Notes: generated from the letters alone by a model not told the origin. A stretch of 64,000 bases of DNA from an uncultured Candidatus Binatia bacterium (GCA_965200965.1 OZ241744.1:3392001-3456000), one strand, 5' to 3'; shown: positions 1 through 10,062, counted from the first letter of the stretch. Numbers and translations are program-made.

Positions 1-519
1 TATGTGCCGACCAACAACCTGTGTATGGAATACGAGGGGATGCAGGTGAACTACATGGCCGGCGTGCCTTATGTGGGGGCGATTGTGAAGATGTCACCTG
101 GACCGGGCGGACACCGGGGCGAGTTTCTGGCCTGGGACCCGGTAGCGGGTGAGAAAAAATGGGGCATCAAAGAAAAGTGGGCGGCCTGGAGCGGCGCGCT
201 GTCCACTGCCGGCGATGTGGTGTTCTACGGCACGATGGACGGCTGGTTCAAGGCGGTTGACGCCACCAATGGCGAGGAGTTGTGGAAGTTCAAAACCGGC
301 TCGGGCATTATTGGCGCACCCATGACCTATCTCGGCCCGGACGGCAAACAATATGTCGCTGTGCTGTCCGGTATTGGCGGCTGGTCCGGCCTGGTGGTTG
401 CGGGTGATCTGGCCACCGACGACCCGACCGCGGCGCTGGGAGCGGTCGGTGCCTTTAGTGATCTGGGCCAGGACACCAACAAAGGCGGGATGCTGTACGT
501 TTTCGGGCTTGATTCATAG
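1..519 (+). CDS. xoxF: PQQ-dependent methanol/alcohol dehydrogenase, XoxF-like (3' part, runs off window start)
   Basis: Open frame from base 1 (YVPTNNLCM...). Has the C-terminal motifs GDVVFYGTMDGWFKAVDA, GSGIIGAPMTY, GKQYVAVLSGIGGW and TAALGAVG typical of XoxF/MxaF-family MDHs, and is followed by a xoxJ-like gene. The lanthanide-binding Asp motif lies outside the window. Confidence 0.8.
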   Translation, partial: YVPTNNLCMEYEGMQVNYMAGVPYVGAIVKMSPGPGGHRGEFLAWDPVAGEKKWGIKEKWAAWSGALSTAGDVVFYGTMDGWFKAVDATNGEELWKFKTGSGIIGAPMTYLGPDGKQYVAVLSGIGGWSGLVVAGDLATDDPTAALGAVGAFSDLGQDTNKGGMLYVFGLDS

Positions 520-525
520 CTCGGT

Positions 526-555
526 CCGCCCCCCTCCTGTGGGACGAGGGGGTGG
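526..555 (+). terminator. GC-rich hairpin after xoxF (terminator or mRNA-stabilising stem)
   Basis: CCGCCCCCCTC...GAGGGGGTGG inverted repeat just after the stop codon; no U-tract. Confidence 0.4.
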
Positions 556-588
556 AGTCAGCCCACTTGGCCCTCCTGTCATCGTCTC

Positions 589-1836
589 ATGCTGTCTCGG
601 AGCTATTCAGCCACCCGGGTTTCTTTCCCGCGCCGCCTCCTGTTCGCCGGGCTGGGGGCGTTTTGCGGGGTCTTCCTGTTCGTCACGCTTGGCTGGAGTG
701 AGGAGGCTGTCGGCTTACGGGTGTGTGCCGACCCGAACAACCTGCCCTTCTCGAACCGGCAGGGCCAGGGCTTTGAGAACACAATCGCCGAGTTGCTGGC
801 CAAGGAGCGGGGGGGTGCCGTGGCCTATACCTGGTGGCCGCAGCGCCGCGGTTTTCTGCGTGGCACGCTGAACGCCGGTCGGTGTGAGGTGGTCATGGGC
901 GTCCCGGCCAAGTATGAGTCAGTGCTTACCACCCGGCCCTACTACCAGTCCACCTACGCCTTTGTGTATCGGCCCGACGCCGACTATCGCTTGGCTTCCC
1001 TGGACGACGCGGCGCTGCGCAGCCTGCGTATCGGCGTACATCTGATTGGCGACGACTACACCAACAGTCCGCCGGCCCACGCCCTCAGCCAGCGCGGGCT
1101 GGTCGAGAACGTGGTCGGCTACAGCGTGTACGGCAATTACGCCGAGGACAGCCCGCCCGGCAAAATTGTGGCTGCGGTTGCCGCCGGCGAGATTGATACC
1201 GCTCTGGTCTGGGGACCGATTGCCGGCTATTTCGCTCAGCGTTACACCCCACCCCTGCGGGTGACGCCGCTGCCGGCAGACGCCGGTTCGGCCCGGCTGC
1301 CGTTTCGCTACGGCATAGCCGTGGGCGTCCGTCGCGGCAACCAGGCCCTCAAAGCAGAGCTGGACGCCCTGCTGACTCGTCATGCCGGGCCGATCCGGGC
1401 CATTCTGCACGACTACGGAGTGCCCCTGTCGGGCGGGGAGGAGTCCGCCCATGCGCCGACCCCGGATGCCTCCAGACAAACCGCCCAACTGAAGACGCCG
1501 CCAGCCGTGGCAGCCTCCAGCGACGAGTTGGCAGGCACCGCCAAAAATCCCTTTACCGGCGACCCAAGGGCCATTGCCGAGGGCAAAGAGTATTACAAGA
1601 TGCTGAACTGCTACGGCTGTCACGGAATGCGCGGTGGAGGAGGCATGGGGCCGAGCATCAACGATGCCAAGTGGAGCGTTGGCAGGGGGACAGACGCCGA
1701 TGTGATGCAGCAGATCATGGAAGGGCGGGGCAAGATGCCGTCGTTCAAAGATTCGATTGAGCCGGAGCAGGCCTGGAAGATCATCGCCTATGTGCGGTCC
1801 CTGTACACAGGCAGGCCAGAGAAAGTGACTTGGTAG
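589..1836 (+). CDS. XoxJ/MxaJ-type periplasmic binding protein fused to a C-terminal c-type cytochrome (XoxG-like)
   Basis: Signal peptide; LRVCADPNNLPFSN..GFEN and TRPYYQSTY MxaJ/XoxJ motifs; Pro/Ala linker; then NPF..D..AIAEG, a CYGCH heme motif, GGGMGP and an axial-Met GKMPSF. Confidence 0.85.
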   Translation: MLSRSYSATRVSFPRRLLFAGLGAFCGVFLFVTLGWSEEAVGLRVCADPNNLPFSNRQGQGFENTIAELLAKERGGAVAYTWWPQRRGFLRGTLNAGRCEVVMGVPAKYESVLTTRPYYQSTYAFVYRPDADYRLASLDDAALRSLRIGVHLIGDDYTNSPPAHALSQRGLVENVVGYSVYGNYAEDSPPGKIVAAVAAGEIDTALVWGPIAGYFAQRYTPPLRVTPLPADAGSARLPFRYGIAVGVRRGNQALKAELDALLTRHAGPIRAILHDYGVPLSGGEESAHAPTPDASRQTAQLKTPPAVAASSDELAGTAKNPFTGDPRAIAEGKEYYKMLNCYGCHGMRGGGGMGPSINDAKWSVGRGTDADVMQQIMEGRGKMPSFKDSIEPEQAWKIIAYVRSLYTGRPEKVTW

Positions 1837-1940
1837 GGGGTCATCTGTGAAACGCCCCAGTGTGGCTTGCACGACCCCAGGGAAACAGGATATACCCCAG
1901 CCATGCTTCCATACTCCATTCCCGCAGACAGGAGATCGTT

Positions 1941-2591
1941 ATGAAGCTCGTCAACTCACTCGGTCCCAACCCCCGCTGTGTCCGCATGTTTATGGCTGAA
2001 AAAGACCTGACCCTGGAAACCATTGAACTTGATATCCAGGGCGGTGATAACCGCCGGCCGCCGTATACCGACAACAATCCCGGCGGCCAGATGCCGTCGC
2101 TCGAACTTGAGGACGGGAGTTACCTGGCTGAGACGGTGGCGATTTGCGAATATCTGGAAGACCTGTATCCGACCCCGGCTCTGATCGGCAGTACGCCCCA
2201 GGAAAAGGCCCAGACCCGGATGTGGCAACGGCGGGTTGAGCTGAATATCACCGAGCACCTGTATAACGGCTTTCGCTACGCCGAAGGCTTTGAGATGTTC
2301 AAAGAACGGCTGCACTGTCTGCCCGAAGCCGCGGCCGGCCTCAAGCAGATTGTCCAGGAAAAACTCGCCTGGCTCGACGGCTTGATGGCCGGCAAGTCGT
2401 TCATCGTGGGCGAGCGCTTTACGGTGGCCGATATTATTCTGTACAGTGCGCTTGACTTTGGAGCCGGGGTCGGCCAGACGATCAGCCCCCAGCTCAGCAA
2501 CATGACCGCCTGGTTTGAGCGGCTCGCCGCCCGGCCCAGCGCCGATGCCAGCCTGCACGAAAAGGCCCGAGGCAGGCTGCGGGGCGCGTAG
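1941..2591 (+). CDS. Glutathione S-transferase family protein
   Basis: MKLVNSLGPNPR..., NPGGQMPSLELEDG, LAETVAICEYLE and FTVADI motifs; AGGAG RBS before ATG 1941. Confidence 0.9.
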   Translation: MKLVNSLGPNPRCVRMFMAEKDLTLETIELDIQGGDNRRPPYTDNNPGGQMPSLELEDGSYLAETVAICEYLEDLYPTPALIGSTPQEKAQTRMWQRRVELNITEHLYNGFRYAEGFEMFKERLHCLPEAAAGLKQIVQEKLAWLDGLMAGKSFIVGERFTVADIILYSALDFGAGVGQTISPQLSNMTAWFERLAARPSADASLHEKARGRLRGA

Positions 2592-2618
2592 GGCAAACCC
2601 GTGGCCCGACTGCTGCCC

Positions 2619-3548
2619 TCAGCGTTGGTCCGCTTGTTTGGGGGCTTGAGTGCGGGGTGTTTTGTGTGGCGGCTCAGCCGGGTAATAGCTCAGCGTCCGA
2701 TGAACCACCTCTGAGGGCTCGAGCCTGCCGGTTTGGCCGTCGCCGACCCAATCGGCAATCATTTTCCTGGTCCAGTTCCCCCGCTCGTCAAACTCGTAGC
2801 GATAGACCTGCCGGCCGGCCAGGCTGCCGTCGGGATGATAGGCCAGCCATTCGGTTCGGTTTCGCGTGTCGTCATAGCGATACACCCAGCGGGAGGACAG
2901 CGCGTCTTGACGGTCGTACACTTCGATGGTGGTCAGGTTGCCCCGCTCGTCATAGGCGTACACATTGCGTGACACGGGCTTGCGTTCGTCGTCAACCCAG
3001 CTGCGCTCAAGCATCCGGCCGGCCGCGTCGTAGCGATACACGGCGCGGCCAAAAAAAGTCTCGTCCTTATCCTGACTGACCGACTCAACGGGTTTGGGTG
3101 TTGTGCCGTTATAGCGGAAGAGTTCTCTGGACAGGAGCGTTCCATCGGCCTCGTAGCGCACGGCCGCGGTTATCGCCCCGCGTTCGTCATAGGTCCAGAC
3201 CAAGCGGTGCCACAGGGAGCCGTCCGGGCCGTAGACGATCTCCTGGCTGGGCTGACCGCCCTGACTGTAGCTGCGCACTGTGCGCTGAAAGGGGCTGCCG
3301 TCGGGGTTATACAAGACTTGCTCGACCAAGCGGCCGGCGCGGTCATAGGTGTCAACTTGTCCCTGGCCACGGACGCCTTCGACCCACTCCCCATCCTGGC
3401 GAACATACTGGGCGGTTTCACTCCTCACACTGCGGACCGCCCCGTGCAGTCTGGCCTGTTCCCGGGTGTGTTCGTGCCCGCCCTCGGGCGAGATACCCGC
3501 CAGCGCCGTAAACAGCACCGGTAAGAGCAAGATGCTTGCTGTGCCCAT
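2619..3548 (-). CDS. Secreted YD/RHS-repeat protein (~309 aa)
   Basis: Start at ATG 3548 (MGTASILLLPVLFTALAG signal peptide); repeated YDxxG motifs (YDRAGR, YDERGA, YDAAGR, YDERGN, FDERGNW). The upstream part of the listed ORF is antisense to the aldolase. Confidence 0.75.
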   Translation of the reverse strand: MGTASILLLPVLFTALAGISPEGGHEHTREQARLHGAVRSVRSETAQYVRQDGEWVEGVRGQGQVDTYDRAGRLVEQVLYNPDGSPFQRTVRSYSQGGQPSQEIVYGPDGSLWHRLVWTYDERGAITAAVRYEADGTLLSRELFRYNGTTPKPVESVSQDKDETFFGRAVYRYDAAGRMLERSWVDDERKPVSRNVYAYDERGNLTTIEVYDRQDALSSRWVYRYDDTRNRTEWLAYHPDGSLAGRQVYRYEFDERGNWTRKMIADWVGDGQTGRLEPSEVVHRTLSYYPAEPPHKTPRTQAPKQADQR

Positions 3549-3610
3549 CGTGTGTGCCCGCCGCCTTTCCTGCTGCTGGCAGCATAACACAAAGCAATTC
3601 TTTTCTCTGC

Positions 3611-3640
3611 TTGACTGTGTTCCGCTCTCGGCAGGATAAT
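3611..3640 (+). promoter_or_regulatory. Putative sigma70 promoter for the aldolase operon
   Basis: TTGACT-N18-GATAAT followed by an AGGAGG RBS and ATG 3663. Confidence 0.4.
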
Positions 3641-3662
3641 CGGTCGTCAGGAGGATGAGACT

Positions 3663-4442
3663 ATGCGTGAAAATCAGCTCAAGAACACCCTCAAGGCGGG
3701 TGACGTGGCGCTGGGGACTCTGCTGTGGGAGGTGCGCGGTCGGGGGGTGCTGCATACCCTGGCCGCGGCTGGGATGGATTTTGTCATGATCTGCAGCGAG
3801 CACTCGGCCTATAACCTGGAGACGGTGGTGGAGCTGGTACACCAGGCCCACGCCGCGGGGCTCAGCCCGGTGGTGCGTATTCCTGACCTGGAATATGAAC
3901 ACGTCACCCGACTGCTGGACTCGGGCTGCCAGAGCCTGATCGCGCCCCACATCAAAACCGGGGACGAGGTCCGCCATTTCATTGAAATGGCCAAATATCA
4001 TCCCCAGGGAAAGCGCGGGGTGGCCATTTATCTGGGTGCCAGCACCGATTACGAGGACATTGATGCGGTGCTGGCTATGGCCCACGCCAATGCCAATACC
4101 CTGCTGGGAGTCATTGTTGAGACGGCGCAGGCGGTTGAAAACCTGGACGACATTTTGCAGCCTGGCCTTGATCTGGCTCTGGTCGGTACCCAAGACCTGG
4201 CTCACAGCCTGGGGTTTCCGGGCGAGTTTGATCGACCGGAACTGCGCGACATACTCGGCCGGGTGCGGACGCTGTGCAGGGAACGCGGGATTGCCACCGC
4301 GGGGGCGCTGACCAGACCGGACGCCGTTCAGGCCGTTATTGACAGCGGGGCCCAGTATATTCTGTACGGCACCGATCTGGTCTTACTCAGACAGGCCGCG
4401 CTCGGGGCCGCCCACGCCCTGGCCCCGTTTCGGAAACAGTAG
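3663..4442 (+). CDS. HpcH/HpaI aldolase/citrate lyase family protein
   Basis: AGMDFVMICSEH, VVRIP, LLDSG...APHIKT, KYHPQGKRG, IVET..AVENLDDI and VGTQDL motifs. Confidence 0.88.
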   Translation: MRENQLKNTLKAGDVALGTLLWEVRGRGVLHTLAAAGMDFVMICSEHSAYNLETVVELVHQAHAAGLSPVVRIPDLEYEHVTRLLDSGCQSLIAPHIKTGDEVRHFIEMAKYHPQGKRGVAIYLGASTDYEDIDAVLAMAHANANTLLGVIVETAQAVENLDDILQPGLDLALVGTQDLAHSLGFPGEFDRPELRDILGRVRTLCRERGIATAGALTRPDAVQAVIDSGAQYILYGTDLVLLRQAALGAAHALAPFRKQ

Positions 4443-4547
4443 ACCCGCCCGGCTCGGGCTGGCCCTTTACCGCCCGCCCCCGTATGCGCTAAGAGGGAGG
4501 GCGTAGCCGAGAACGGACACGCGCATCGTTTTCTGGAGGAGGTCGTT

Positions 4548-5657
4548 ATGAAGTTTGGTATTTTTTATGAACTGTCTGTGCCGCGTCCCTGGGACCGGGA
4601 ATCTGAGCGGACCGTGTATCTGAACGCCCTGGAACAAGTCCGGCTGGCCGATGAGTTGGGCTTTGATCAGGTCTGGGCGGTGGAGCACCATTTTCTGGAA
4701 GAATACTCGCACTGCGCCGCGCCCGAGCTGTTCCTGACCGCGTGCGCGATGCAGACCACGCAGATCAATGTTGGCCACGGCATTGTCATCTGTGTGCCGG
4801 AGTTCAATCATCCGATTCGGATTGCCGAGCGCGCCGCAGCCCTCGACATTCTGTCGGGTGGGCGCTTACAGTTTGGGACGGGCCGTTCAGCGACATGGAC
4901 GGAGTTGGGTGGATTTGGGGCCAACCCGGACGATACCAAGAAAAGCTGGGACGAGTTTGTGCATTGCATTCCCAAAATGTGGATGCAGGAGCGTTTCAGC
5001 TATCACGGCAAGTATTTCTCCATGCCGTCCCGGGCCGTGCTGCCCAAACCATATCAGAAGCCCCACCCGCCGATGTGGGTGGCAGTGACCAGTCCGGGCA
5101 CCGAACTTGACGCCGCGGACCGCGGCATCGGCAGCCTCGGGGTGACGTTTACCACGTTTGCCGAGCAAGAGGCTAAGGTCAAAGAGTATCGGCGGCGGAT
5201 CCGGAACTGTAATCCGGTTGGCGGCTTTGTGAACAACCAGGTCAATACGGTCAACTTCCTGTACTGCCACGAAGACGACGAGGTCGGGGCCACAACCGGG
5301 ATGCGGATGATTCAGCATTTCAATTATCTGGCTGCCCAGCTCGATATGGCCAAAGAAGCCTACCCGGCCAAGTCCTATCCATCGGCGGGGCTGCTGCCGT
5401 CGCTGCGCCGCCAGGCTTCGAGTCCAGGTGAACATAACGCAGCCCCGGAGGGGATTGCGGTCGGCAACCCGGCCCATCTGATTCGGGAGTTGAAAAAGTG
5501 GGAAGCCTGCGGGGTGGACCGGGTCGGCTTTATGCTCAACGCGGCCGAGATCATTCCTCAGCAGCAGGTGCTCGATAGCCTGCGGCTGTTTGCCACCGAG
5601 GTCATGCCGGCCTTTGCCGACTCGTCGGCCAGCGTGGCGAGTGGAGGAGTGAGCTGA
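4548..5657 (+). CDS. Luciferase-like (LLM) flavin-dependent monooxygenase
   Basis: MKFGIF, ADELGFDQVWAVEHHF, HPIRIAERAAALDILSGGRLQFGTGR and PKPYQKPHPP motifs. Confidence 0.92.
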   Translation: MKFGIFYELSVPRPWDRESERTVYLNALEQVRLADELGFDQVWAVEHHFLEEYSHCAAPELFLTACAMQTTQINVGHGIVICVPEFNHPIRIAERAAALDILSGGRLQFGTGRSATWTELGGFGANPDDTKKSWDEFVHCIPKMWMQERFSYHGKYFSMPSRAVLPKPYQKPHPPMWVAVTSPGTELDAADRGIGSLGVTFTTFAEQEAKVKEYRRRIRNCNPVGGFVNNQVNTVNFLYCHEDDEVGATTGMRMIQHFNYLAAQLDMAKEAYPAKSYPSAGLLPSLRRQASSPGEHNAAPEGIAVGNPAHLIRELKKWEACGVDRVGFMLNAAEIIPQQQVLDSLRLFATEVMPAFADSSASVASGGVS

Positions 5658-6415
5658 TGCCGGTGTTTGGAAAACAGGATGTCGAGGCCGCCGCGGCCCG
5701 GGCACCGCTGATGAGCGGGCTTGATACCGACCCGTGGGAACTCAAAGGGGCAGAGATTCTGCAACTGAGTTTTGAGGTTGTTGAAGAGCCGGCCGAATGG
5801 CTGATTGCGCCGGCCCTGCATCCGAGTATCCCGCCCTACGCCACGCTGTCGGTTGCCCGTTTTCCTGACAGCCCGGTCGGGCCGTATGCGCTGGCCCAGG
5901 TCCGGCTGATCGTCCGGGCCGGGATTCGGCCCCGGGGCTATGTTGTCGGTGCGTACACCGATTCCGAGCGGGCCGCGGCTGCACTCCGGGCACGTTGGGG
6001 CTTCGCGCTTGAGCTGGCCACGATCGGCCTTCAGGCGCGTCACGACCGGGTGATTGGGACGGTTGAGCGGGACGGCCGGACGATCTTGGACATGGAGGCC
6101 GAGAATCCGGAATATGTCTCTGGGTCGGATGTCACCTATATTGACAGCCTGCACCTGGTGCGGGTGCATGAGGACGGCCAGGAAAAACCGCTGATCGTTC
6201 AGATTGACCCGGAATATGTCTTTCACACCGCCCAACGCGGAATTCCGCACCTCAAAACGCTCGACGCCGCGGCCTGGGGTGCGGACAGGCGTTTGCAGTG
6301 TACCAATCCGATGACCGCCACATTTACGCGGTGTGACACAGACCTGCCCCGGCTGCGGTTTGTGCTGGATGCCAGCCTGCCGGCCATGCAGGGCAGCCGT
6401 AAACTTGTCGCCTAG
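5657..6415 (+). CDS. Acetoacetate decarboxylase-like family protein
   Basis: Adc-fold pattern (LIAPALHP, FPDSPVGPY, RARWGF); translationally coupled (TGATG) to the LLM gene. Confidence 0.65.
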   Translation: MPVFGKQDVEAAAARAPLMSGLDTDPWELKGAEILQLSFEVVEEPAEWLIAPALHPSIPPYATLSVARFPDSPVGPYALAQVRLIVRAGIRPRGYVVGAYTDSERAAAALRARWGFALELATIGLQARHDRVIGTVERDGRTILDMEAENPEYVSGSDVTYIDSLHLVRVHEDGQEKPLIVQIDPEYVFHTAQRGIPHLKTLDAAAWGADRRLQCTNPMTATFTRCDTDLPRLRFVLDASLPAMQGSRKLVA

Positions 6416-6543
6416 CGGGCACGCGGCGGTCCTGCCGTCTGTGTCTCAGCCGATGAGCAGTCAGCCGCCGGTCCCCCGGCCCGGCCATTGAGTGCCTTGT
6501 CCAGCGGGCTGCGGCCGACCGCCAATGCAAAAAGGAGAGTCGT

Positions 6544-7386
6544 ATGAAGAATGTGTCATGTCTAAGCCTGCTTATCAGTCTATTCCTCAGCCTGCCGGTG
6601 TCTGCCGACCAGCACGGACAGGCCGATCCGGTCCAGACGGCTCTGCACGCCCTGGCCGATGGCGAGCACCGCTCAGCCGCGCATAAAGCCCGCAATCGTT
6701 ACCGCCACCCGGTCGAGACGCTGAGCTGGTTCGGCCTTCAGCCGGACATGACGGTGGTTGAGATTTGGCCCGGCTCGGCGGGCTGGTATATGGAAATCCT
6801 GGCCCCGTTTCTCAAAGACCAGGGCAAGTACTACGCGGCCGGCCCGGATGCAGAGTCGTCGGTGGACTATATCCAGCGCTCGCTCACGGCGATGCATGAC
6901 AAGCTGGCCGCCAACGCCGCGCTGTACGACGCAGTCACCGTGACCGAGCTGGCCCCGCCGGCCGGCAAGACGACAATCGCGCCTGAGGGCTCGGCCGATA
7001 TGGTGCTGACCTTCCGCAATGTGCATAACTGGATGAGTGGCGGCTACGCTGCCGATGTCTTTGCCGCCATGTATACGGCCCTCAAGCCGGGCGGGATTCT
7101 GGGCCTGACCGAGCATCGCGGCAACCCCGCGGTTGCCCAAGACCCCAAAGCCGCCTCGGGCTATGTGAACGAAGACCATGTGATCGAACTGGCCGAGGCC
7201 GCGGGCTTCAAGCTGCTTGACCGCTCGGAAGTGAACGCCAACCCAAATGATACCAAAGACTACCAGGGCGGGGTGTGGACGCTGCCGCCCGTCTTACGCT
7301 TGGGGGACACCGACCGCGACACCTACCTCACCATCGGTGAGAGCGATCGCATGACGCTCAAGTTTGTGAAGCCGCCGGCGAACTAA
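6544..7386 (+). CDS. Exported class I SAM-dependent methyltransferase-like protein
   Basis: Signal peptide; RYRHPVETLSWFG, VVEIWPG, DMVLTFRNVHNW, LKPGG and GESDRMTLKF motifs. Confidence 0.85.
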   Translation: MKNVSCLSLLISLFLSLPVSADQHGQADPVQTALHALADGEHRSAAHKARNRYRHPVETLSWFGLQPDMTVVEIWPGSAGWYMEILAPFLKDQGKYYAAGPDAESSVDYIQRSLTAMHDKLAANAALYDAVTVTELAPPAGKTTIAPEGSADMVLTFRNVHNWMSGGYAADVFAAMYTALKPGGILGLTEHRGNPAVAQDPKAASGYVNEDHVIELAEAAGFKLLDRSEVNANPNDTKDYQGGVWTLPPVLRLGDTDRDTYLTIGESDRMTLKFVKPPAN

Positions 7387-7410
7387 ATCGACACTTGGTC
7401 GGGTGTCGAT
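7387..7410. terminator. Inverted repeat between convergent genes
   Basis: ATCGACAC-N8-GTGTCGAT. Confidence 0.45.
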
Positions 7411-7461
7411 GCGGGGGCAGAATCCAGCTGGAAACTAACGTGGAACGGATTAGATCCGCCC

Positions 7462-9231
7462 CTACTTCACCTCCATCTCCCACTCTGGCATGGTCAAGAC
7501 GCCCGGTTCGGAACCCGGCCCGAGGTCGTGGAGCAGACGCACGAGGGGGCGGAGGGCGTGGAGGGTGGGCCGCAGGGCCGCCCCAGGGGCGTAGACCTCG
7601 TCTTCGGTATCTTCGTCCAACAGGCGGGCGAGGAGGGTGGCGACAAAAGACCGCTCACGCGGAAAGAGCCTGAGTTGAACTGGCGCGTCGGCGGCGATCC
7701 CCGCCGCTGCTTTGGCCAGCCGGAGGGCGACCGGAAAGCCGCCCAGTTCATCAACCAGCCCGTGCGCTCTGGCGTCTTCGCCGGTCCAGACCCGGCCCTC
7801 GGCAACCGAGAGGACGTGGGCGTGGTCAAGCTTTCTGCCCTGGGCCACTTTTGTGGTGAAGTCCTGATAAATCCAGTCGAGTTGCTGATTAAATTTTGCC
7901 CACTGGGCCGGGCTGAAGTCCAGGTTGCTGCTCCACATGGTGGCGTTGTCGCTGGTATGGACCTCATCCGACGACAGGCCGAGTTTTTCTGACAGCCCAG
8001 CGGTCAGCATTTTGCCGCCAAAGACACCGATTGAGCCGGTAATCGTTCCCGGTTGGGCAACAATTTTGTCGGCCGCGGTGGCAACCAGATAGCCGCCCGA
8101 GCCGGCCACATTGCCCATTGAGACAATGACCGGCTTGCCGGCCTGTTGGGCGCGAATTGTCTCGTGCCAGATCGTCTCAGAGGCAACGGGCGAGCCGCCC
8201 CGGCTGTCAACGCGAAAGATGATGGCCCGGACATCGGTGTCGGCCACCGCGCCCCGGAAGGCGGCCGCCACCGTGTCGGCACCCATAGTCGGACCGCCGA
8301 ACAGCGGGTCGTAGCTGGTTTTGCCGGACTGGACGATGCCGACCCCGTAGATCAGGGCGATACTGTCACCCTCAGTATGGGGCCGGCCGGCCCGGTCCAG
8401 GTAGGTGAACAGGGACAGTCGGGCGTCTTGTCCGGTTCGTGCGGTCAGCGTGTCGTACACCTCATCCCGATAGGCCAGGCCGTCTACCAGCCCGGCCTTG
8501 AGGGCGTCCTGGGCGAGGAACGGGCCGGTGTCAATCAGGGCCCGAACCCGGTCCTGGTCAAGGCCACGGGCTTGGGCAATGCCGTCCACCAGCTGGCCGA
8601 ACTGCGAATCCATAACCCGCTGCACGGCCTCTTTGTGCGGCGGGGTGTATTTCCGTTGGGTGTAGATATTGACCGCGTTTTTGTACTTGCCGCGCGAACC
8701 GATGCGGGGCTCGATGCCGAGCTTCTCAAGCGTACCCTGAAAGAAGGTGCTCTCCACCATCAGACCGGTCAGCCCCACCCCACCGGACGGCTGGATATGG
8801 ATTTCGTCAAAGGCGGTGGCCAGGTAATACACCCCGTTGCCCGGACCAACGCCGCCCAGCGATTCGGCGTAGGCCAGGGCCGGTTTCCCCTGGGCCCGAA
8901 AGCGATTGACCGCGTCCCGGATTTCCTGAATCTGGGCCAGACCCAGACGAGCCGGGCTTATGCGGGCCAGCAGACCGACGACCCGCTCGTCGTGGGCCGC
9001 CCGCTCCAGGGCGTCTACCACGTCTCGTGTGGTATGCGCTTTCTCAAACATCAGGCTGGCCACCGGGTCGGCCGGCAGATACTCAACCAGACCCCGGCCA
9101 AGGTCCATTTCCAGCACGACGTTGTCCGGGACATGCTGGCGGGACAGGAACGATGACAGCAGGCCAACAATGGCCATGATGACGACCCAGGCACCGATCG
9201 TGGCCAGGATGCGAACCACCAATTTCTTCAT
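7462..9231 (-). CDS. sppA: Signal peptide peptidase SppA (67K type)
   Basis: N-terminal TM; two S49 domains; GKYKNA, RVDSRGGS, VSMGNVAGSGGY, TITGSIGV and GRVWTG motifs. Confidence 0.93.
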   Translation of the reverse strand: MKKLVVRILATIGAWVVIMAIVGLLSSFLSRQHVPDNVVLEMDLGRGLVEYLPADPVASLMFEKAHTTRDVVDALERAAHDERVVGLLARISPARLGLAQIQEIRDAVNRFRAQGKPALAYAESLGGVGPGNGVYYLATAFDEIHIQPSGGVGLTGLMVESTFFQGTLEKLGIEPRIGSRGKYKNAVNIYTQRKYTPPHKEAVQRVMDSQFGQLVDGIAQARGLDQDRVRALIDTGPFLAQDALKAGLVDGLAYRDEVYDTLTARTGQDARLSLFTYLDRAGRPHTEGDSIALIYGVGIVQSGKTSYDPLFGGPTMGADTVAAAFRGAVADTDVRAIIFRVDSRGGSPVASETIWHETIRAQQAGKPVIVSMGNVAGSGGYLVATAADKIVAQPGTITGSIGVFGGKMLTAGLSEKLGLSSDEVHTSDNATMWSSNLDFSPAQWAKFNQQLDWIYQDFTTKVAQGRKLDHAHVLSVAEGRVWTGEDARAHGLVDELGGFPVALRLAKAAAGIAADAPVQLRLFPRERSFVATLLARLLDEDTEDEVYAPGAALRPTLHALRPLVRLLHDLGPGSEPGVLTMPEWEMEVK

Positions 9232-9241
9232 GACGGCTTCC

Positions 9242-10062
9242 TCAGGCCATAGAGTAGCGCATCATGCCCGAGCCGCAGCCCAAGGCGTTTTCGTACAGAA
9301 TCACCTCGCCCTTGGCCCCGTTGACCGCTCCGGCGACCGCAATCCAGTTGCGTATCTCGTGTGTCCCGTTGCCCCGGGCGTCCATCTCGGCATCGGTAAT
9401 ATCGCAGAGCGCCGGGCTGTTGTCGCACAGCAGGTCGAGCAGCCTGGTATCAAAGGCTCATCAACACTGCCCATATCCGGGGTGCCGACGGCGTGCGACA
9501 AGCCGCCTGTCCCGAGCAGGGCAACCCGGCGGGGGCTGTCCCAGGACCGAATCGCGTTGCCGACCATGCGGCCAAAATCGTAGCACCGCTTCACGCTCGG
9601 CAGCGGGGGCAGGACGCAGTTCTGAATCAGCCACACATACGACAGGTTCCAGTCCGGGGTCATATGGTGCAGGCAGGTCAGAAAGCCGTGGTCCAGCCCG
9701 GCCTCGCCAATGCGGGTCAGGTCAAAGCCCCGCTGGAGACCCTCGCGCATGATCGCCTCGGCCAGCTCGGGCAGGCAGTTGACGGTGATGCTGTTGCACG
9801 CCACCCCGAGCCAGTTCTCTGACGGACCCCGGCAGGTTTCGGCCGCGACCACGCCAAAGGACGGGTAGTGGCGCGGGCTGAGGGCGTTGAAATGTTCGTC
9901 TGAAATGACCACCACGGTGTCGGCACCCGAATCCTGGAGGGTCTGCCGCAGGGCGGCAAAGCCGCGTTCAAACTTGTCCCACATCAACGCTTCCACCCGG
10001 GCCGGACCGGCCATCAACAAGGGGTTATGGACGGAGCCCATAGCCGCAACGATCTGTGCCAT
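9242..10062 (-). pseudogene. LigB-type (class III) extradiol dioxygenase beta subunit with a 1-nt frameshift near 9457
   Basis: VHNP, SDEHF, LDHG and GTGGLSH motifs. Restoring one base at 9457 (GAG-GCC-TTT) gives ...DEAFDTRLLDLLC...GNGTHEIRNWIAVAGA...RYSMA* ending at 9242, with the conserved EIRNW metal-ligand motif. Could be a sequencing error. Confidence 0.8.

Noticed and set aside
589-700. Tat signal (RRLLF) on the XoxJ-cytochrome fusion
   Set aside because: Poor match to S/T-RRxFLK, and c-type cytochromes are normally Sec-exported.
3549-4205. N-terminal 219 aa of the listed 528-aa minus ORF
   Set aside because: Antisense shadow of the aldolase; a signal peptide begins at ATG 3548.
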